64,000 bases of DNA from Candidatus Latescibacterota bacterium (GTDB taxonomy: Bacteria > Latescibacterota > UBA2968 > GCA-2709665), in contig OZ242180.1 in NCBI GenBank assembly GCA_965205485.1, positions 4,032,001 through 4,096,000 on the forward strand. The letters run 5' to 3'. Below, piece by piece: positions 8,811 to 18,778 of this stretch. Made by a program: the position numbers and the translations under genes. Under the pieces are notes generated by a model that worked only from the letters and a program-made list of their open reading frames with translations, had not been told where the DNA came from and did no database searches. The first letter of the stretch is position 1. Every line of letters begins with the position of its first letter.

Positions 8811-9902
8811 ATGGCCCTCCACATCGGCATTATCGGCCTGCCAAATGTGGGCAAGTCGACCCTGTTCAATGCGCTGACCAGGGCCGGCGTCGAAGCGTCG
8901 AACTATCCCTTTTGTACCGTCGAGCCGAATGTCGGCGTCGTGGAGGTGCCCGACGAGCGCCTTCAACGGCTGGGTGAACTGCTCCACCCTGAAGCCTGCA
9001 TACCCTCGTTCGTTCACTTCGTGGATATCGCCGGCCTGGTCCGGGGAGCCAGCCGCGGCGAGGGTCTGGGCAACCGTTTTCTGGCGCGGATCCGGGAGGT
9101 CGACGCACTGATTCATCTGGTTCGCTGCTATGAAGGCGGGAATGCGCCGCACGTGGACGGCGGAGTGGATCCCGTGCGGGACGTCGAAACCGTCGACACC
9201 GAGCTCAAGTTGGCCGATCTGGAATCGGCGGAAGGAATCTCCGGCCGACTCGAGAAAGTCCTGCGTTCGCAGCCGCGGGCTCCGGAACGCGTTGCGTACG
9301 AAGCGCTTGGATTGGCCATCGCAGGTCTGGAACGGTCTGTGCCCGTCAGGGAACAGGAACTGACGGACGCGCAGTCGAGCGCTCTTGCACCGTTCAGTTT
9401 TCTAACCGCCAAACCCGTGTTGTACGTGTCGAACGTCTCGGAGACGGATCTGCCTGATGGAGGCGCCGCCACGGCCCGGCTGGGGGCCGTCGTCGGCAGT
9501 GACAACGTACTGCCGCTTGCGGCCCAGATCGAGGCGGAACTTGGCGAACTGCCGCCGGCCGACCGACGGGTTTTCTTCGCGGACATGGGGTTGGACGAGC
9601 CTGGCGTCAGCCGGCTGATTCGTGCGGGCTACGTCCTTCTGGGGCTGATTACCTTCTATACCACCGCAAACGAAAAGCTGCAGGCCTGGGAAATTCGCGA
9701 AGGCACACGGGCCGCGGCGGCCGCCGGCAGGATTCACTCGGACATGGAGCGCGGGTTCATCAGGGCGGAGGTTGCCGCCTGCCAGGACGTCCTGGCCGCC
9801 GGCGGCATCGCCGGATTGCGGGAAACAGGCAGAGTGCGCGCGGAAGGCAGGCAATATCTCGTTCAGGACGGCGACGTGATCCGGTTTCTCTTCAACGAAT
9901 GA
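8811..9902 (+). CDS. ychF: Redox-regulated ATPase YchF
   Basis: GLPNVGKST, YPFCT, DIAGLV..GEGLGNRFL, IHSDMERGFIRAEV, QDGDVI. Confidence 0.95.
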   Translation: MALHIGIIGLPNVGKSTLFNALTRAGVEASNYPFCTVEPNVGVVEVPDERLQRLGELLHPEACIPSFVHFVDIAGLVRGASRGEGLGNRFLARIREVDALIHLVRCYEGGNAPHVDGGVDPVRDVETVDTELKLADLESAEGISGRLEKVLRSQPRAPERVAYEALGLAIAGLERSVPVREQELTDAQSSALAPFSFLTAKPVLYVSNVSETDLPDGGAATARLGAVVGSDNVLPLAAQIEAELGELPPADRRVFFADMGLDEPGVSRLIRAGYVLLGLITFYTTANEKLQAWEIREGTRAAAAAGRIHSDMERGFIRAEVAACQDVLAAGGIAGLRETGRVRAEGRQYLVQDGDVIRFLFNE

Positions 9903-9982
9903 TCGCACGCTGGCGGGCTGCGTACCGCGTTACCGGGACGTTGCCCGCCACCGGGCACTCACAGAGATAAGGGGGTAACCTT

Positions 9983-10552
9983 ATGAGCAATTGGTCACGT
10001 TTGGGAGTTGGAGTGATTGCCGCCGGCCTTTTGATGGGTCACAATCCGGCGGACGCACTCGGTTTGCGAGGCCTAGGCGTCAAGGTCGGCGTGGACCTTA
10101 CGCGCCAGGAATCCGAGGAATACGTCGGATACGAGTTCGATTCCGCGAGGCTGACCCTGGGCGGGCACGTCGATTTCGGATCCATTTTCATTCCCCGCCT
10201 CCATCTCGTTCCGGGCGTGGATCTGGTGATTCAGGACAATCTCAAGATCTACTCGCTCAACGGCGAAGCGCAGTTCATATTCGGCGAGGGCAATACCTAC
10301 GGATACGTGGGCGGCGGAATCGGGGTACACCTCACGCGGTTCGACATTATAGAAACCGGCGGGCAGGGAAACTCGATCAACGTGACTGTCCCGGACGATA
10401 CGAAGGTAACCCTGAATATTCCGTTAGGATTCCGAAAACGGGTTGGAACGGGTGTACTCTGGTTCGGCGAACTCAAGATGATCATCGCCGATCAGGAGGA
10501 GGACTCGTCGCTGAGGTTCAGTCTGGGCCTGGCCTTCGGCGCGTCGGACTGA
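9983..10552 (+). CDS. Putative exported outer-membrane beta-barrel protein
   Basis: Signal-peptide-like N-terminus; alternating beta-strand pattern (YGYVGGGIG, LRFSLGLAF near C-terminus). Confidence 0.6.
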   Translation: MSNWSRLGVGVIAAGLLMGHNPADALGLRGLGVKVGVDLTRQESEEYVGYEFDSARLTLGGHVDFGSIFIPRLHLVPGVDLVIQDNLKIYSLNGEAQFIFGEGNTYGYVGGGIGVHLTRFDIIETGGQGNSINVTVPDDTKVTLNIPLGFRKRVGTGVLWFGELKMIIADQEEDSSLRFSLGLAFGASD

Positions 10553-10659
10553 GGACCGGCAGTTCGAAACGACTCCGACGACCACGTATATTAGAGGATT
10601 GATAGCCGAAGCAGCAGGACCCCAGGGCGCCCGTGTGATTGGGGAATAGAGGAGAAGCC

Positions 10660-11235
10660 ATGGCAGAGGACAGGATCGAGCGGATCGGGTATCATATTTC
10701 CGAAATTATGAAGGTGCTCAATCTGGATATGAAAGATCCGAACCTGAGGGACACGCCGCGCCGGTTCGCACGGATGTACCTCGAGATTTTCAAGGGCCTC
10801 GACGAAGACAACGAACCCAGCGTGAGGACGTTTCCCAACGAAGACGGGTTCGACAATATGGTGGCCATGACAGATATTTCGTTCTATTCGATGTGCGCGC
10901 ACCATCTGTTGCCCTTCTGGGGCAGTGTGCACGTGGGCTATATTCCAACGAAGCAGATTGTGGGGTTGAGCAAATTGGTTCGGATCGTGGAGTATTACGC
11001 CCGACGGCCCCAGATTCAGGAGCGGATGACCCACCAGATCGTGGAGTTTCTGGAACGGGAACTTGCACCCAAGGGGTCCATCGTCGTGGTCGAAGCCCGG
11101 CACCTGTGTATGGAAATGCGGGGCGTTGAAAAACCGGGGGCATGGGCGACGACTTCCGCAGTCCGCGGCGCATTCAAGGACCGCACAACGCGTGAGGAGT
11201 TTCTCGAATTGCTGCAGCGGCAGAGGAAGGGTTGA
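10660..11235 (+). CDS. folE: GTP cyclohydrolase I
   Basis: DTPRRFARMY, SMCAHHLLPF, GLSKL, RPQIQERMT, HLCMEMRG; ATG after GAGGAG. Confidence 0.95.
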   Translation: MAEDRIERIGYHISEIMKVLNLDMKDPNLRDTPRRFARMYLEIFKGLDEDNEPSVRTFPNEDGFDNMVAMTDISFYSMCAHHLLPFWGSVHVGYIPTKQIVGLSKLVRIVEYYARRPQIQERMTHQIVEFLERELAPKGSIVVVEARHLCMEMRGVEKPGAWATTSAVRGAFKDRTTREEFLELLQRQRKG

Positions 11236-11285
11236 GGGAGGGGCCAGCACGATCACCAACCGGCGGCGCGCCGCCGGACAGCGGG

Positions 11286-11732
11286 TCATCCCTTTGCGCG
11301 ATGATCGTACATATCCGCCGTATGCAGGTCGAATGGCTGGTGCGTCGGGTTCTTTCGGGCGCCGCGGAAGGCGGTCTTGCAGCTGTAGCAGATCGTAATC
11401 TCCGGCAGACTCAGGTACAGCGCGAGGTCGATTATCGCGGCGGCGGCCAGGCAGGCATAGAAATAGACCGGGCGGTCCAGCGCCACGAATACCAGCCCGA
11501 CCAGGGCAAACAGAACGGCAATCCCAAGACCGATTTTTCCGTTGAAGTCTCTCTGAACGTAGAAATCGGTCTTTCCGCATCGTGGGCACACGTCTACCCG
11601 GTTGTTGTTCAGGATTTCCTTCGAGACATCCAGCGGAAGATCACGACCGCAGGCCTGACAGGTCGCAGCGGTCTGTGAAGCCTGGACATTGTTGACAGCC
11701 TGACATTCGGGACAGCGAAAGCTGATTGTCAT
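11286..11732 (-). CDS. Hypothetical membrane protein with four CxxC (Zn-ribbon) motifs
   Basis: CPEC, CQAC, CPRC, two TM helices, CYSC. Confidence 0.7.
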   Translation of the reverse strand: MTISFRCPECQAVNNVQASQTAATCQACGRDLPLDVSKEILNNNRVDVCPRCGKTDFYVQRDFNGKIGLGIAVLFALVGLVFVALDRPVYFYACLAAAAIIDLALYLSLPEITICYSCKTAFRGARKNPTHQPFDLHTADMYDHRAKG

Positions 11733-11736
11733 GGAT

Positions 11737-12555
11737 TTATACCGGTATCCCGGTCGTATACAGGATATAGCCCGAAACGCATTCGCCGATCAGAACAAAA
11801 ATCGTGGCGACGTAAAGCAGGCCCGTGGCCGACTGGGTCGAGTGAATCTTGACGGTTTGCCAGACCATAGAGCCCACGATAAGCGGTCCGAGAAGCCCGA
11901 AGAGCAGACGTACCCATAAGAAGAGACCGCCCAGACCCCAGAAGGACTGAAGCGTCTCCCGAAGCTGCGTGTCGCCGTACGCCCAGAAGACGCATAACGT
12001 GAGTGCGGTCAGCATCACTTTGGCCAGGGTGGCGCCAAGCATCAGTTGCGTGAGGATGCGTAGTGGTCGTATGTGAAGCGCCGGTACCACGAGATACCAG
12101 TGGCCCAGGATCATCGCGAAGATGACGCTGCCGAGGAAGAGTGCGGAGATCAGGTAACTGGCAGCGGTTAACGCACCGGCTGCAACGGGAGAACAGGCCT
12201 CGCACGAAAAAAATCCGTCCGAAACCAGGCCGGCCGCTCCAACAACACCCGCGGCGGCAAGCAGCGGTTTCTGCCGCTTTATCCGTTCGGCGACGACAGC
12301 CAGCAGGTACACAAAACCAATCAGGGCGCTCACAGCCAATAGAAGGCGTGGCATCAGAGGATGCGGGGAGGCGTCCGCCAATGGCGTTAGAAGCGGGAAG
12401 GGACCGGCCCACAGCGCCAGGAGGAGAAACACCAGACACGCGAGTGCGCAAAACCTGAAGAAGCGTTTACCGGCCTCGAGTGGAACGGCCAGCATCGATA
12501 GCAACCCGCCAACGGCGAGTTGGCTGAAAACGAGGTAGACAAGCGTACTGTACAT
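11737..12555 (-). CDS. Hypothetical polytopic membrane protein (about 8 TM, distantly DmsC-like layout)
   Basis: Multiple hydrophobic helices; MILGHWYL and STQSATGLLY motifs; ATG 12555. Confidence 0.65.
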   Translation of the reverse strand: MYSTLVYLVFSQLAVGGLLSMLAVPLEAGKRFFRFCALACLVFLLLALWAGPFPLLTPLADASPHPLMPRLLLAVSALIGFVYLLAVVAERIKRQKPLLAAAGVVGAAGLVSDGFFSCEACSPVAAGALTAASYLISALFLGSVIFAMILGHWYLVVPALHIRPLRILTQLMLGATLAKVMLTALTLCVFWAYGDTQLRETLQSFWGLGGLFLWVRLLFGLLGPLIVGSMVWQTVKIHSTQSATGLLYVATIFVLIGECVSGYILYTTGIPV

Positions 12556-12697
12556 AGAGTCGCAGAACCGCAGAGGAGACTTTCTGTTCAGGCTTTCGGT
12601 GACAGCCGGTGTCAAATATATCGGAAAAGCACGGAGTTGGAAATCGAAAAACGGTAGACGGCAGACCGAAGGGTCGATCGGCAGGGTCGGGTACCGG

Positions 12698-13654
12698 ATG
12701 ACAGTGAATTGGCATCGCATTACCGAATCCGCGCCGTGGCCTCACCGTGATTCGCCCGGGGCCGCGGTTTTCAAGGACCACATGTGGTTGTTCGGCGGCT
12801 GGCAGATGCTGGGCCCGATGAACTTCCCACGCCTCAACGACGTATGGCGATCTCCTGATGGCAGGACGTGGGAATGCCTCTCGCGGCAGGCGCCATGGCC
12901 GGCCCGGAATCTTGCGGGCTGCGTTGTCCTGGGCGATCGCATCTGGTTGATGGGCGGATTCGACGGCGTCCATACACTCGGCGACGTCTGGTGTTCAGAC
13001 GACGGCCGGCATTGGGATTGCGTGACACAACGCGCCCCGTGGGGTTGCCGGGGCGCTTTCGGCAGCATCGTCTACAACGAGCGGATCTGGGTTCTCGGCG
13101 GGCTCAACTGGGAGCGAAGGACGCATTACGGCGACGTCTGGTGCTCGGACGACGGACATCGTTGGGAACTGATTGAAAAGCGCTCGCCGTGGGCGCCGCG
13201 GGCCATGTTTCCCGCCATCGAACACGGAAACAGGATGTGGCTTCTGGGAGGAGGAAACTACCACGACCGGCGGGTCAATTACAGCGATGTGTGGTGTACG
13301 TCGGACGGTACGAACTGGAAGCAGGCGGCGGTCGATGCGGGATGGGCGCCTCGCCGGTTCCACGGTTCGTATGTTTACGCTGGTAGAATGTGGATTGCCG
13401 GGGGCGCCATCGAACCGTCCATCAATGTGAACGACGTCTGGTGCTCCAGCGACGGTCTGAAGTGGCGGCAATCCCACCGCTGTGCGCCCTGGGGCGTGCG
13501 CCATGCGTTTCCCTGCCTGGACTTTCAACGGAGAATCTGGCTGCTCGGCGGGTACAGCGGGTCCATCGCGGGCAGCGTCGTCTACAACGACATCTGGACC
13601 CTCGAGACACCCGAATCGGCAAGTATGGCCACCGACGGCAATCCTCGCCGTTAG
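12698..13654 (+). CDS. Kelch-like beta-propeller protein
   Basis: Six repeats of (A)PWxxR...hWhhGG...DVWxSxDGxxW. Confidence 0.8.
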   Translation: MTVNWHRITESAPWPHRDSPGAAVFKDHMWLFGGWQMLGPMNFPRLNDVWRSPDGRTWECLSRQAPWPARNLAGCVVLGDRIWLMGGFDGVHTLGDVWCSDDGRHWDCVTQRAPWGCRGAFGSIVYNERIWVLGGLNWERRTHYGDVWCSDDGHRWELIEKRSPWAPRAMFPAIEHGNRMWLLGGGNYHDRRVNYSDVWCTSDGTNWKQAAVDAGWAPRRFHGSYVYAGRMWIAGGAIEPSINVNDVWCSSDGLKWRQSHRCAPWGVRHAFPCLDFQRRIWLLGGYSGSIAGSVVYNDIWTLETPESASMATDGNPRR

Positions 13655-13748
13655 ACCGGAATCTGCTGGACAACGGCGAATTATGGCGTATATTTTACCC
13701 TGCGAAGACCGGTCAGCGGTATAACACCCGGAGATGAGGTCGTTAACG

Positions 13749-14771
13749 ATGTCCAGAGGGGAACTCGAAGCCACGGCGCGCGCACTTGTTCCGGCGGGTA
13801 GAGGAATTCTGGCGGCGGACGAGAGTATGGGGACGATTACAAGGCGATTCGCGGACATCGGCCTGGAACCCACGGCCGATTTCCGAAGGGCGTATCGCGA
13901 AATGTTGTTCACGACCCCGGGCCTGTCGGACTACATCAGCGGCGTCATCCTGTACGAAGAGACGCTGAATACGGCCGCGAACGGCCGCGTTCCGTTTCCA
14001 CGGTTGCTGGCGGATCGGGGTATGATTCCCGGAATAAAGGCGGATGCGGGGCTGGTCCCCCTGGCCGGATTTCCGGGCGAACAGATAACCGAGGGTCTGG
14101 ACGGACTCCGCGCCCGCCTGGACACGTATCGTGCTCGCGGCGCCAGGTTCGCGAAATGGCGCGCCGCCATTGCGATTGGCGACCGGACTCCGACACGGGG
14201 GTGCATCCATGCCAATTCCCACGCCCTCGCCCGTTATGCCGCCGTGTGCCAGGAAGTGGGACTGGTACCCATCGTGGAACCGGAAGTCTTGATGGATGGG
14301 GGTCACACCATCGAACGCTGCGAGGAAGTCACAGAATGGGTGTTGCGCAGCGTGTTTTCGGAATTGGGAGAACACCGGGTCAATCTGGAAGGCACATTGC
14401 TGAAAGCCAGTATGGTCCTGTCCGGCGTCGATTGTCCTGCCCAGGCAGGGGTCGAGGAAGTGGCCGAAGCGACCGTGCGGTGCCTTCGGCGAACGGTTCC
14501 CGCTTCGATTCCAGGTGTGGTGTTTCTTTCCGGGGGACAGAGCCCGGAGCTTTCCACGCTGCACCTCAACGCCATGAATCGGATTGGCGGAGCCCCCTGG
14601 GAGCTCAGCTATTCGTACGGCAGGGCGTTGCAGGACCCCGCCCGCGCAGCCTGGAACGGGCAGGCCGCCAACGTGGCGGCGGCACAGAAAGTATTCCATC
14701 ACAGGGCAAGCTGCAACAGCGCCGCACGGGATGGCCGATATGTACCGGAGATGGAGGGCATCGCCGCCTGA
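13749..14771 (+). CDS. Fructose-bisphosphate aldolase class I (glycolytic type)
   Basis: GILAADES, AKWR, PIVEPE, Schiff-base LLK, FLSGGQ, SYGRALQ. Confidence 0.93.
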   Translation: MSRGELEATARALVPAGRGILAADESMGTITRRFADIGLEPTADFRRAYREMLFTTPGLSDYISGVILYEETLNTAANGRVPFPRLLADRGMIPGIKADAGLVPLAGFPGEQITEGLDGLRARLDTYRARGARFAKWRAAIAIGDRTPTRGCIHANSHALARYAAVCQEVGLVPIVEPEVLMDGGHTIERCEEVTEWVLRSVFSELGEHRVNLEGTLLKASMVLSGVDCPAQAGVEEVAEATVRCLRRTVPASIPGVVFLSGGQSPELSTLHLNAMNRIGGAPWELSYSYGRALQDPARAAWNGQAANVAAAQKVFHHRASCNSAARDGRYVPEMEGIAA

Positions 14772-14940
14772 TTTTTGACCGGTATCCGCCCACCGATCCC
14801 GTTACAGCAGCAGGCGCGCTGTTTCGGGATTTTTTTGACGGCATCAGATCGCGATGAATCTCCTGCATCGAACCTTTCGGCGTATTTGTCGGTCCCGCCG
14901 GGCAGTCGATCGTGAATTCCCACCCTTGAAGTTCAGGAAG

Positions 14941-15696
14941 ATGAGGGTTACCGCCGCCGGTGTGGTACTGCTGGGTACGGCGGGCGCACTCTTCGCGTTC
15001 CTGGAATACCGGACAAACTGCATTGCGATTTGGTTAGGCGAGGAGTTGGACCGGAACAATGCAAGGCGCGCCACGTCGGGCGCTTTATGGAAGCGGCTGG
15101 ACACGCGGGCCCAGGTACGGGATTCGTTGAAGACGGTGGAAACACCCGCGGTCGGCGGCCTTCCCGATGCCGTGGCTGACGCTCGCTTCGACGTGGACCG
15201 CGTGCCGGAGTCCGGTATGCCTTCCTTTATCTCGGTCTGGCGTACGGAACGCTCACGGAACGAGGGGCGGGAAACCCGAGAGTTGCTGAAGAGCGTTCGC
15301 GCATTCAATCTGGGGTTGTCCCTCCTGAAGCTGGCAGTCTTGCCGGACGTGCGTTTTCGTGACCGGATACGCAGCCGGGTCGATGCCGTGTACCGGCACG
15401 CGGGCGAGACCGAACATCACGGCGACGCTGACACCGTGAATGTCGCGGATTCCATCCGGGCGGACGTGCGCGAGCGGCTGGAACGGGTCTTCGTTGAACA
15501 ATTCCGGTCCGATGAACGGAATCGCCTGGTGCAAGAGTTCCGGACGGGTCGTGTCAGCCAGATCCTGATTCAGAGCGGGCTCGGCACCTACCGAGGAAAG
15601 CTGGTTTACGTCGATCCTGAACGTGCATCCGTCAGGTTCGACGTGGAATCCGGGGCAATGGACGCACTCTTCGACGGTTCGGGAGGTCGGCCCTGA
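14941..15696 (+). CDS. Hypothetical protein with N-terminal membrane anchor
   Basis: Fills gap in + strand run; hydrophobic N-terminus; TGATG overlap with PBP gene; start uncertain (14854 or 14941). Confidence 0.6.
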   Translation: MRVTAAGVVLLGTAGALFAFLEYRTNCIAIWLGEELDRNNARRATSGALWKRLDTRAQVRDSLKTVETPAVGGLPDAVADARFDVDRVPESGMPSFISVWRTERSRNEGRETRELLKSVRAFNLGLSLLKLAVLPDVRFRDRIRSRVDAVYRHAGETEHHGDADTVNVADSIRADVRERLERVFVEQFRSDERNRLVQEFRTGRVSQILIQSGLGTYRGKLVYVDPERASVRFDVESGAMDALFDGSGGRP

Positions 15697-17762
15697 TGCG
15701 CGGGATCCTGCTTCGAAACTACTGGACCCGGACCGGTATGTTTCTTGCGGCCGACGCGTTGCTCGTCGCCGGCCTTGGCTTCGCCTGGCTGTTGACGACC
15801 CTTCCGCGAATTCCTCCGGACCCCGAGGCGTTGAGCAGCCAGGCGGGTGTGAACATCTTCGCGGATACAGGGGAGTTGCTGTTTACATTCAACCGTCGGG
15901 TCAGGCAGGTGAGGCTGGACCAGGTGAGCCCCTGGTTTGTCAACGCGGTCATCGCGACAGAAGACGAGTCGTTTTACCACCACCGGGGCGTAAGCTTGAA
16001 AGGCATCGCCGGGGCGTTCGTGGCGAACCTGAGGCATTTCCGGAAAGTCAGAGGTGGAAGCACGATTACCCAGCAGATCGTCAAGAATGTATTTCTGACG
16101 CGTGAGAAGACCTATCTGCGGAAGGCGCGGGAGGCGCTGCTGGCCGTGCAACTCGAGGCGATGTTTTCACGGTTGTACGGTGAATCGGCCAAGGACAGGT
16201 TGCTGGAAATCTATATCAACGGCAGTTTCTTCGGTACCAACGCATACGGCGTGGAGGATGCGTCGCAGACGTTTTTCGGAAAGGCCGCCGCGGATCTGAA
16301 CCTTGCGGAGGCGGCCATGCTGGCCGGGCTGCCCAATTCTCCGGGGTCGTTGAACCCGTTCCGCGACGGCGGCAGGCAGGCGGCGGCTCGTACCGCCCAC
16401 GTTCTGAGGCGCATGCACGCGGCTGGTTACATTGAAACAGACGCGTTGAACGACGCTCTGGCCGCTTCGCCGGCCCTGGCGTCTCGACTGCGCGACAGGA
16501 ATCGGACGCCCTACTTCGTCGAAATCATCAAGGACGAGGTTGTGCGGCGATGGGGACGGTCCGCGCTCAGTTTTGGAGCATTGGATATTTACACCACGTT
16601 GGACTTTCACATGCAGAAGGACGCGGAAAAGGCTGTTGTGGAAGGACTTGCGGATGTTGATGAGCGGATTGGATTCGGCGCGTACGATAGTGCGGACAAA
16701 GAGGCGAGGCGCGAATACCTACAGGCGGCTCTGGTCAGCCTTGAACCGGCGACCGGATACGTCCGCGCGATGGTGGGCGGCCGTGACATCTTCATCAGCT
16801 ACTTCAACCGGGCAACAGCCGCAAGACGCCAGCCGGGCTCGGGTTTCAAGCCCGTCGTGTATCTGGCGGCGCTCGCGTCGGGAGAGATATCGTCCGTCAC
16901 GTTGTTTGACGATGAGCCGAGGACCTACACGGTAAACGGGAACCCATGGATGCCCAGGAATTTCAGGGACCGGTATCTGGGTATGACCACGGCCGCCTGG
17001 GCTTTTGTGAATTCCGCGAATTCGGCAAGCGTGCAGGTTCTGGATCTCATCGGCCCCGAACGGGTTGTGAAAATGGGCCGACGACTGGGAGTACGGAGTC
17101 CACTGGCCCCATATCCGAGCATCGCGCTGGGCTCGAACGAGGTTTCACCGCTGGAAATGGCCTCGGTCTATGGCACAATCGCCAACTACGGTGTGCGCGT
17201 GGAGCCGACGTTCGTGCGGCGGATCGAAGATTCCGGGGGGCGGGTGGTATACGAACACCGGGTACAGCCGGTTCCCGAAATAGACGCCGCGGATGCCTAC
17301 GTTATGATCCGGTTGCTTCAGAATGTCATCCTGCGAGGTACCGGACGCGGGGTTCGATCCGGGGGATTCGTCCGGCCCGCGGCGGGCAAGACGGGTACGA
17401 CGAACGACCATACGGACGCCTGGTTTACCGGTTTTACTCCGGACCTCGCGACCTGCGTCTGGGTCGGGTTCGACCGGAAGACCCGGAGGAAGACGCGGAT
17501 TACAGGCGGCCGCGACGCCGTGCCGATCTGGACGGCTTTTATGGCGCGCGCGACGGCCGGACGCGCGTCGCGTGATTTCTGGAAGCCTGACGACGTCTAC
17601 GAAGTACAGGTCGACGTGAGGACCGGCGTCCAGGTGGACGCTTCAGCCGCTTCGGAGTCGCATCCGGCCCCGATTCTGGTGGCGCTCAAATCGGTGGAAT
17701 CGACGAACAGCAAACGTACGGTCGCGGAATTCCGTTCGGCCGCGGCCGATTCGGCCAACTAA
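15696..17762 (+). CDS. Class A penicillin-binding protein (PBP1A family)
   Basis: EDESFYHHRG, GGSTITQQ, RKARE (transglycosylase); SGFK, SAN, KTG (transpeptidase). Confidence 0.93.
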   Translation: MRGILLRNYWTRTGMFLAADALLVAGLGFAWLLTTLPRIPPDPEALSSQAGVNIFADTGELLFTFNRRVRQVRLDQVSPWFVNAVIATEDESFYHHRGVSLKGIAGAFVANLRHFRKVRGGSTITQQIVKNVFLTREKTYLRKAREALLAVQLEAMFSRLYGESAKDRLLEIYINGSFFGTNAYGVEDASQTFFGKAAADLNLAEAAMLAGLPNSPGSLNPFRDGGRQAAARTAHVLRRMHAAGYIETDALNDALAASPALASRLRDRNRTPYFVEIIKDEVVRRWGRSALSFGALDIYTTLDFHMQKDAEKAVVEGLADVDERIGFGAYDSADKEARREYLQAALVSLEPATGYVRAMVGGRDIFISYFNRATAARRQPGSGFKPVVYLAALASGEISSVTLFDDEPRTYTVNGNPWMPRNFRDRYLGMTTAAWAFVNSANSASVQVLDLIGPERVVKMGRRLGVRSPLAPYPSIALGSNEVSPLEMASVYGTIANYGVRVEPTFVRRIEDSGGRVVYEHRVQPVPEIDAADAYVMIRLLQNVILRGTGRGVRSGGFVRPAAGKTGTTNDHTDAWFTGFTPDLATCVWVGFDRKTRRKTRITGGRDAVPIWTAFMARATAGRASRDFWKPDDVYEVQVDVRTGVQVDASAASESHPAPILVALKSVESTNSKRTVAEFRSAAADSAN

Positions 17763-17818
17763 CGCGTCAAAACACAGAAAGTAACGTATCCAACAGCACC
17801 CCCACGGGGAGGATTGTC

Positions 17819-18769
17819 ATGCTCAGGGCAGCTCAGGAATTCATGAACGAACTGAGTGCGGACCAGCGGAGCCGGGTTCTGTACGCGTTTAATCACGAGG
17901 AACGTTACAACTGGAACTACGTACCCGTAAAGCGAAACGGCGTGCCCTTCAAAGCGATGTCACCGGCGCAGCGGGAGTCGGCGCACCGTCTCCTGAGAAG
18001 CGCCCTCAGCGATTCCGGATATCAGAAGGCATTGGACATCATGGTCCTGGAGGGCATTCTCGGCGAAATCGAATCCCGGTCGGTATCGCGCTTCAGCAGG
18101 GACCCGGACGGGTATTTTCTGACGCTTTTCGGAGATCTCGTTACGGGAACAGCCCCGTGGGGTTGGCGGATCGACGGCCACCATCTGTCGTTGACGGTCT
18201 CGGTCGGCGCCGAAAGGAAGGTGGCGTCCACGCCGGCTTTCTGGGGCGCGAACCCGGCGCGGGTGCCCTCGGGAGAAAGGACGGGCTGGCGCGTCCTGCG
18301 AGACGAAGAGGATCTGGCGCGGAGCCTTCTGAAAGCATTGCCGGAAGACCTGCAGTCCGCGGCCCGAATCGCGGATGAGGCGCCAAGCGACATCCTCACC
18401 CGAAACAGCAAGGTGGCCCGGATCGGCGATCCGGCGGGCGTTCCCGTATCTGAAATGCCGCGGGCGCAGAAGGAAACGGTGACGCGGATTCTGAAACTGT
18501 ACGCGTCGAACCTTCGAGCGGACCTCGGCGAAGCGCACCTGTCGAGAATCCGCAGGGCCGGGGTGGAACGGTTGCACTTTGCCTGGGCCGGCGGGGTTCG
18601 CCCGGGGGAGAAGCACTACTACCGGATTCACGGGCCCACTCATCTCGTGGAATACGACAATACCCAGAACGACGCGAACCACATTCACTCCGTACTGCGC
18701 GATCTGGAGAACGACTTCGGCCTCGATCCGTTACGGGACCACTACGCGGATTGCGAACACGACTCATAG
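17819..18769 (+). CDS. DUF3500 family protein
   Basis: WGWRIDGHHLS, TPAFWGANP, HYYRIHGP, EYDNTQNDANHIHSV. Confidence 0.8.
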   Translation: MLRAAQEFMNELSADQRSRVLYAFNHEERYNWNYVPVKRNGVPFKAMSPAQRESAHRLLRSALSDSGYQKALDIMVLEGILGEIESRSVSRFSRDPDGYFLTLFGDLVTGTAPWGWRIDGHHLSLTVSVGAERKVASTPAFWGANPARVPSGERTGWRVLRDEEDLARSLLKALPEDLQSAARIADEAPSDILTRNSKVARIGDPAGVPVSEMPRAQKETVTRILKLYASNLRADLGEAHLSRIRRAGVERLHFAWAGGVRPGEKHYYRIHGPTHLVEYDNTQNDANHIHSVLRDLENDFGLDPLRDHYADCEHDS

Positions 18770-18778
18770 GAGCGTCAC

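Noticed and set aside
10553..10659. Possible folate, ZTP or preQ1 riboswitch ahead of folE
   Set aside because: Only a short CCCCA/TGGGG stem; no recognisable consensus
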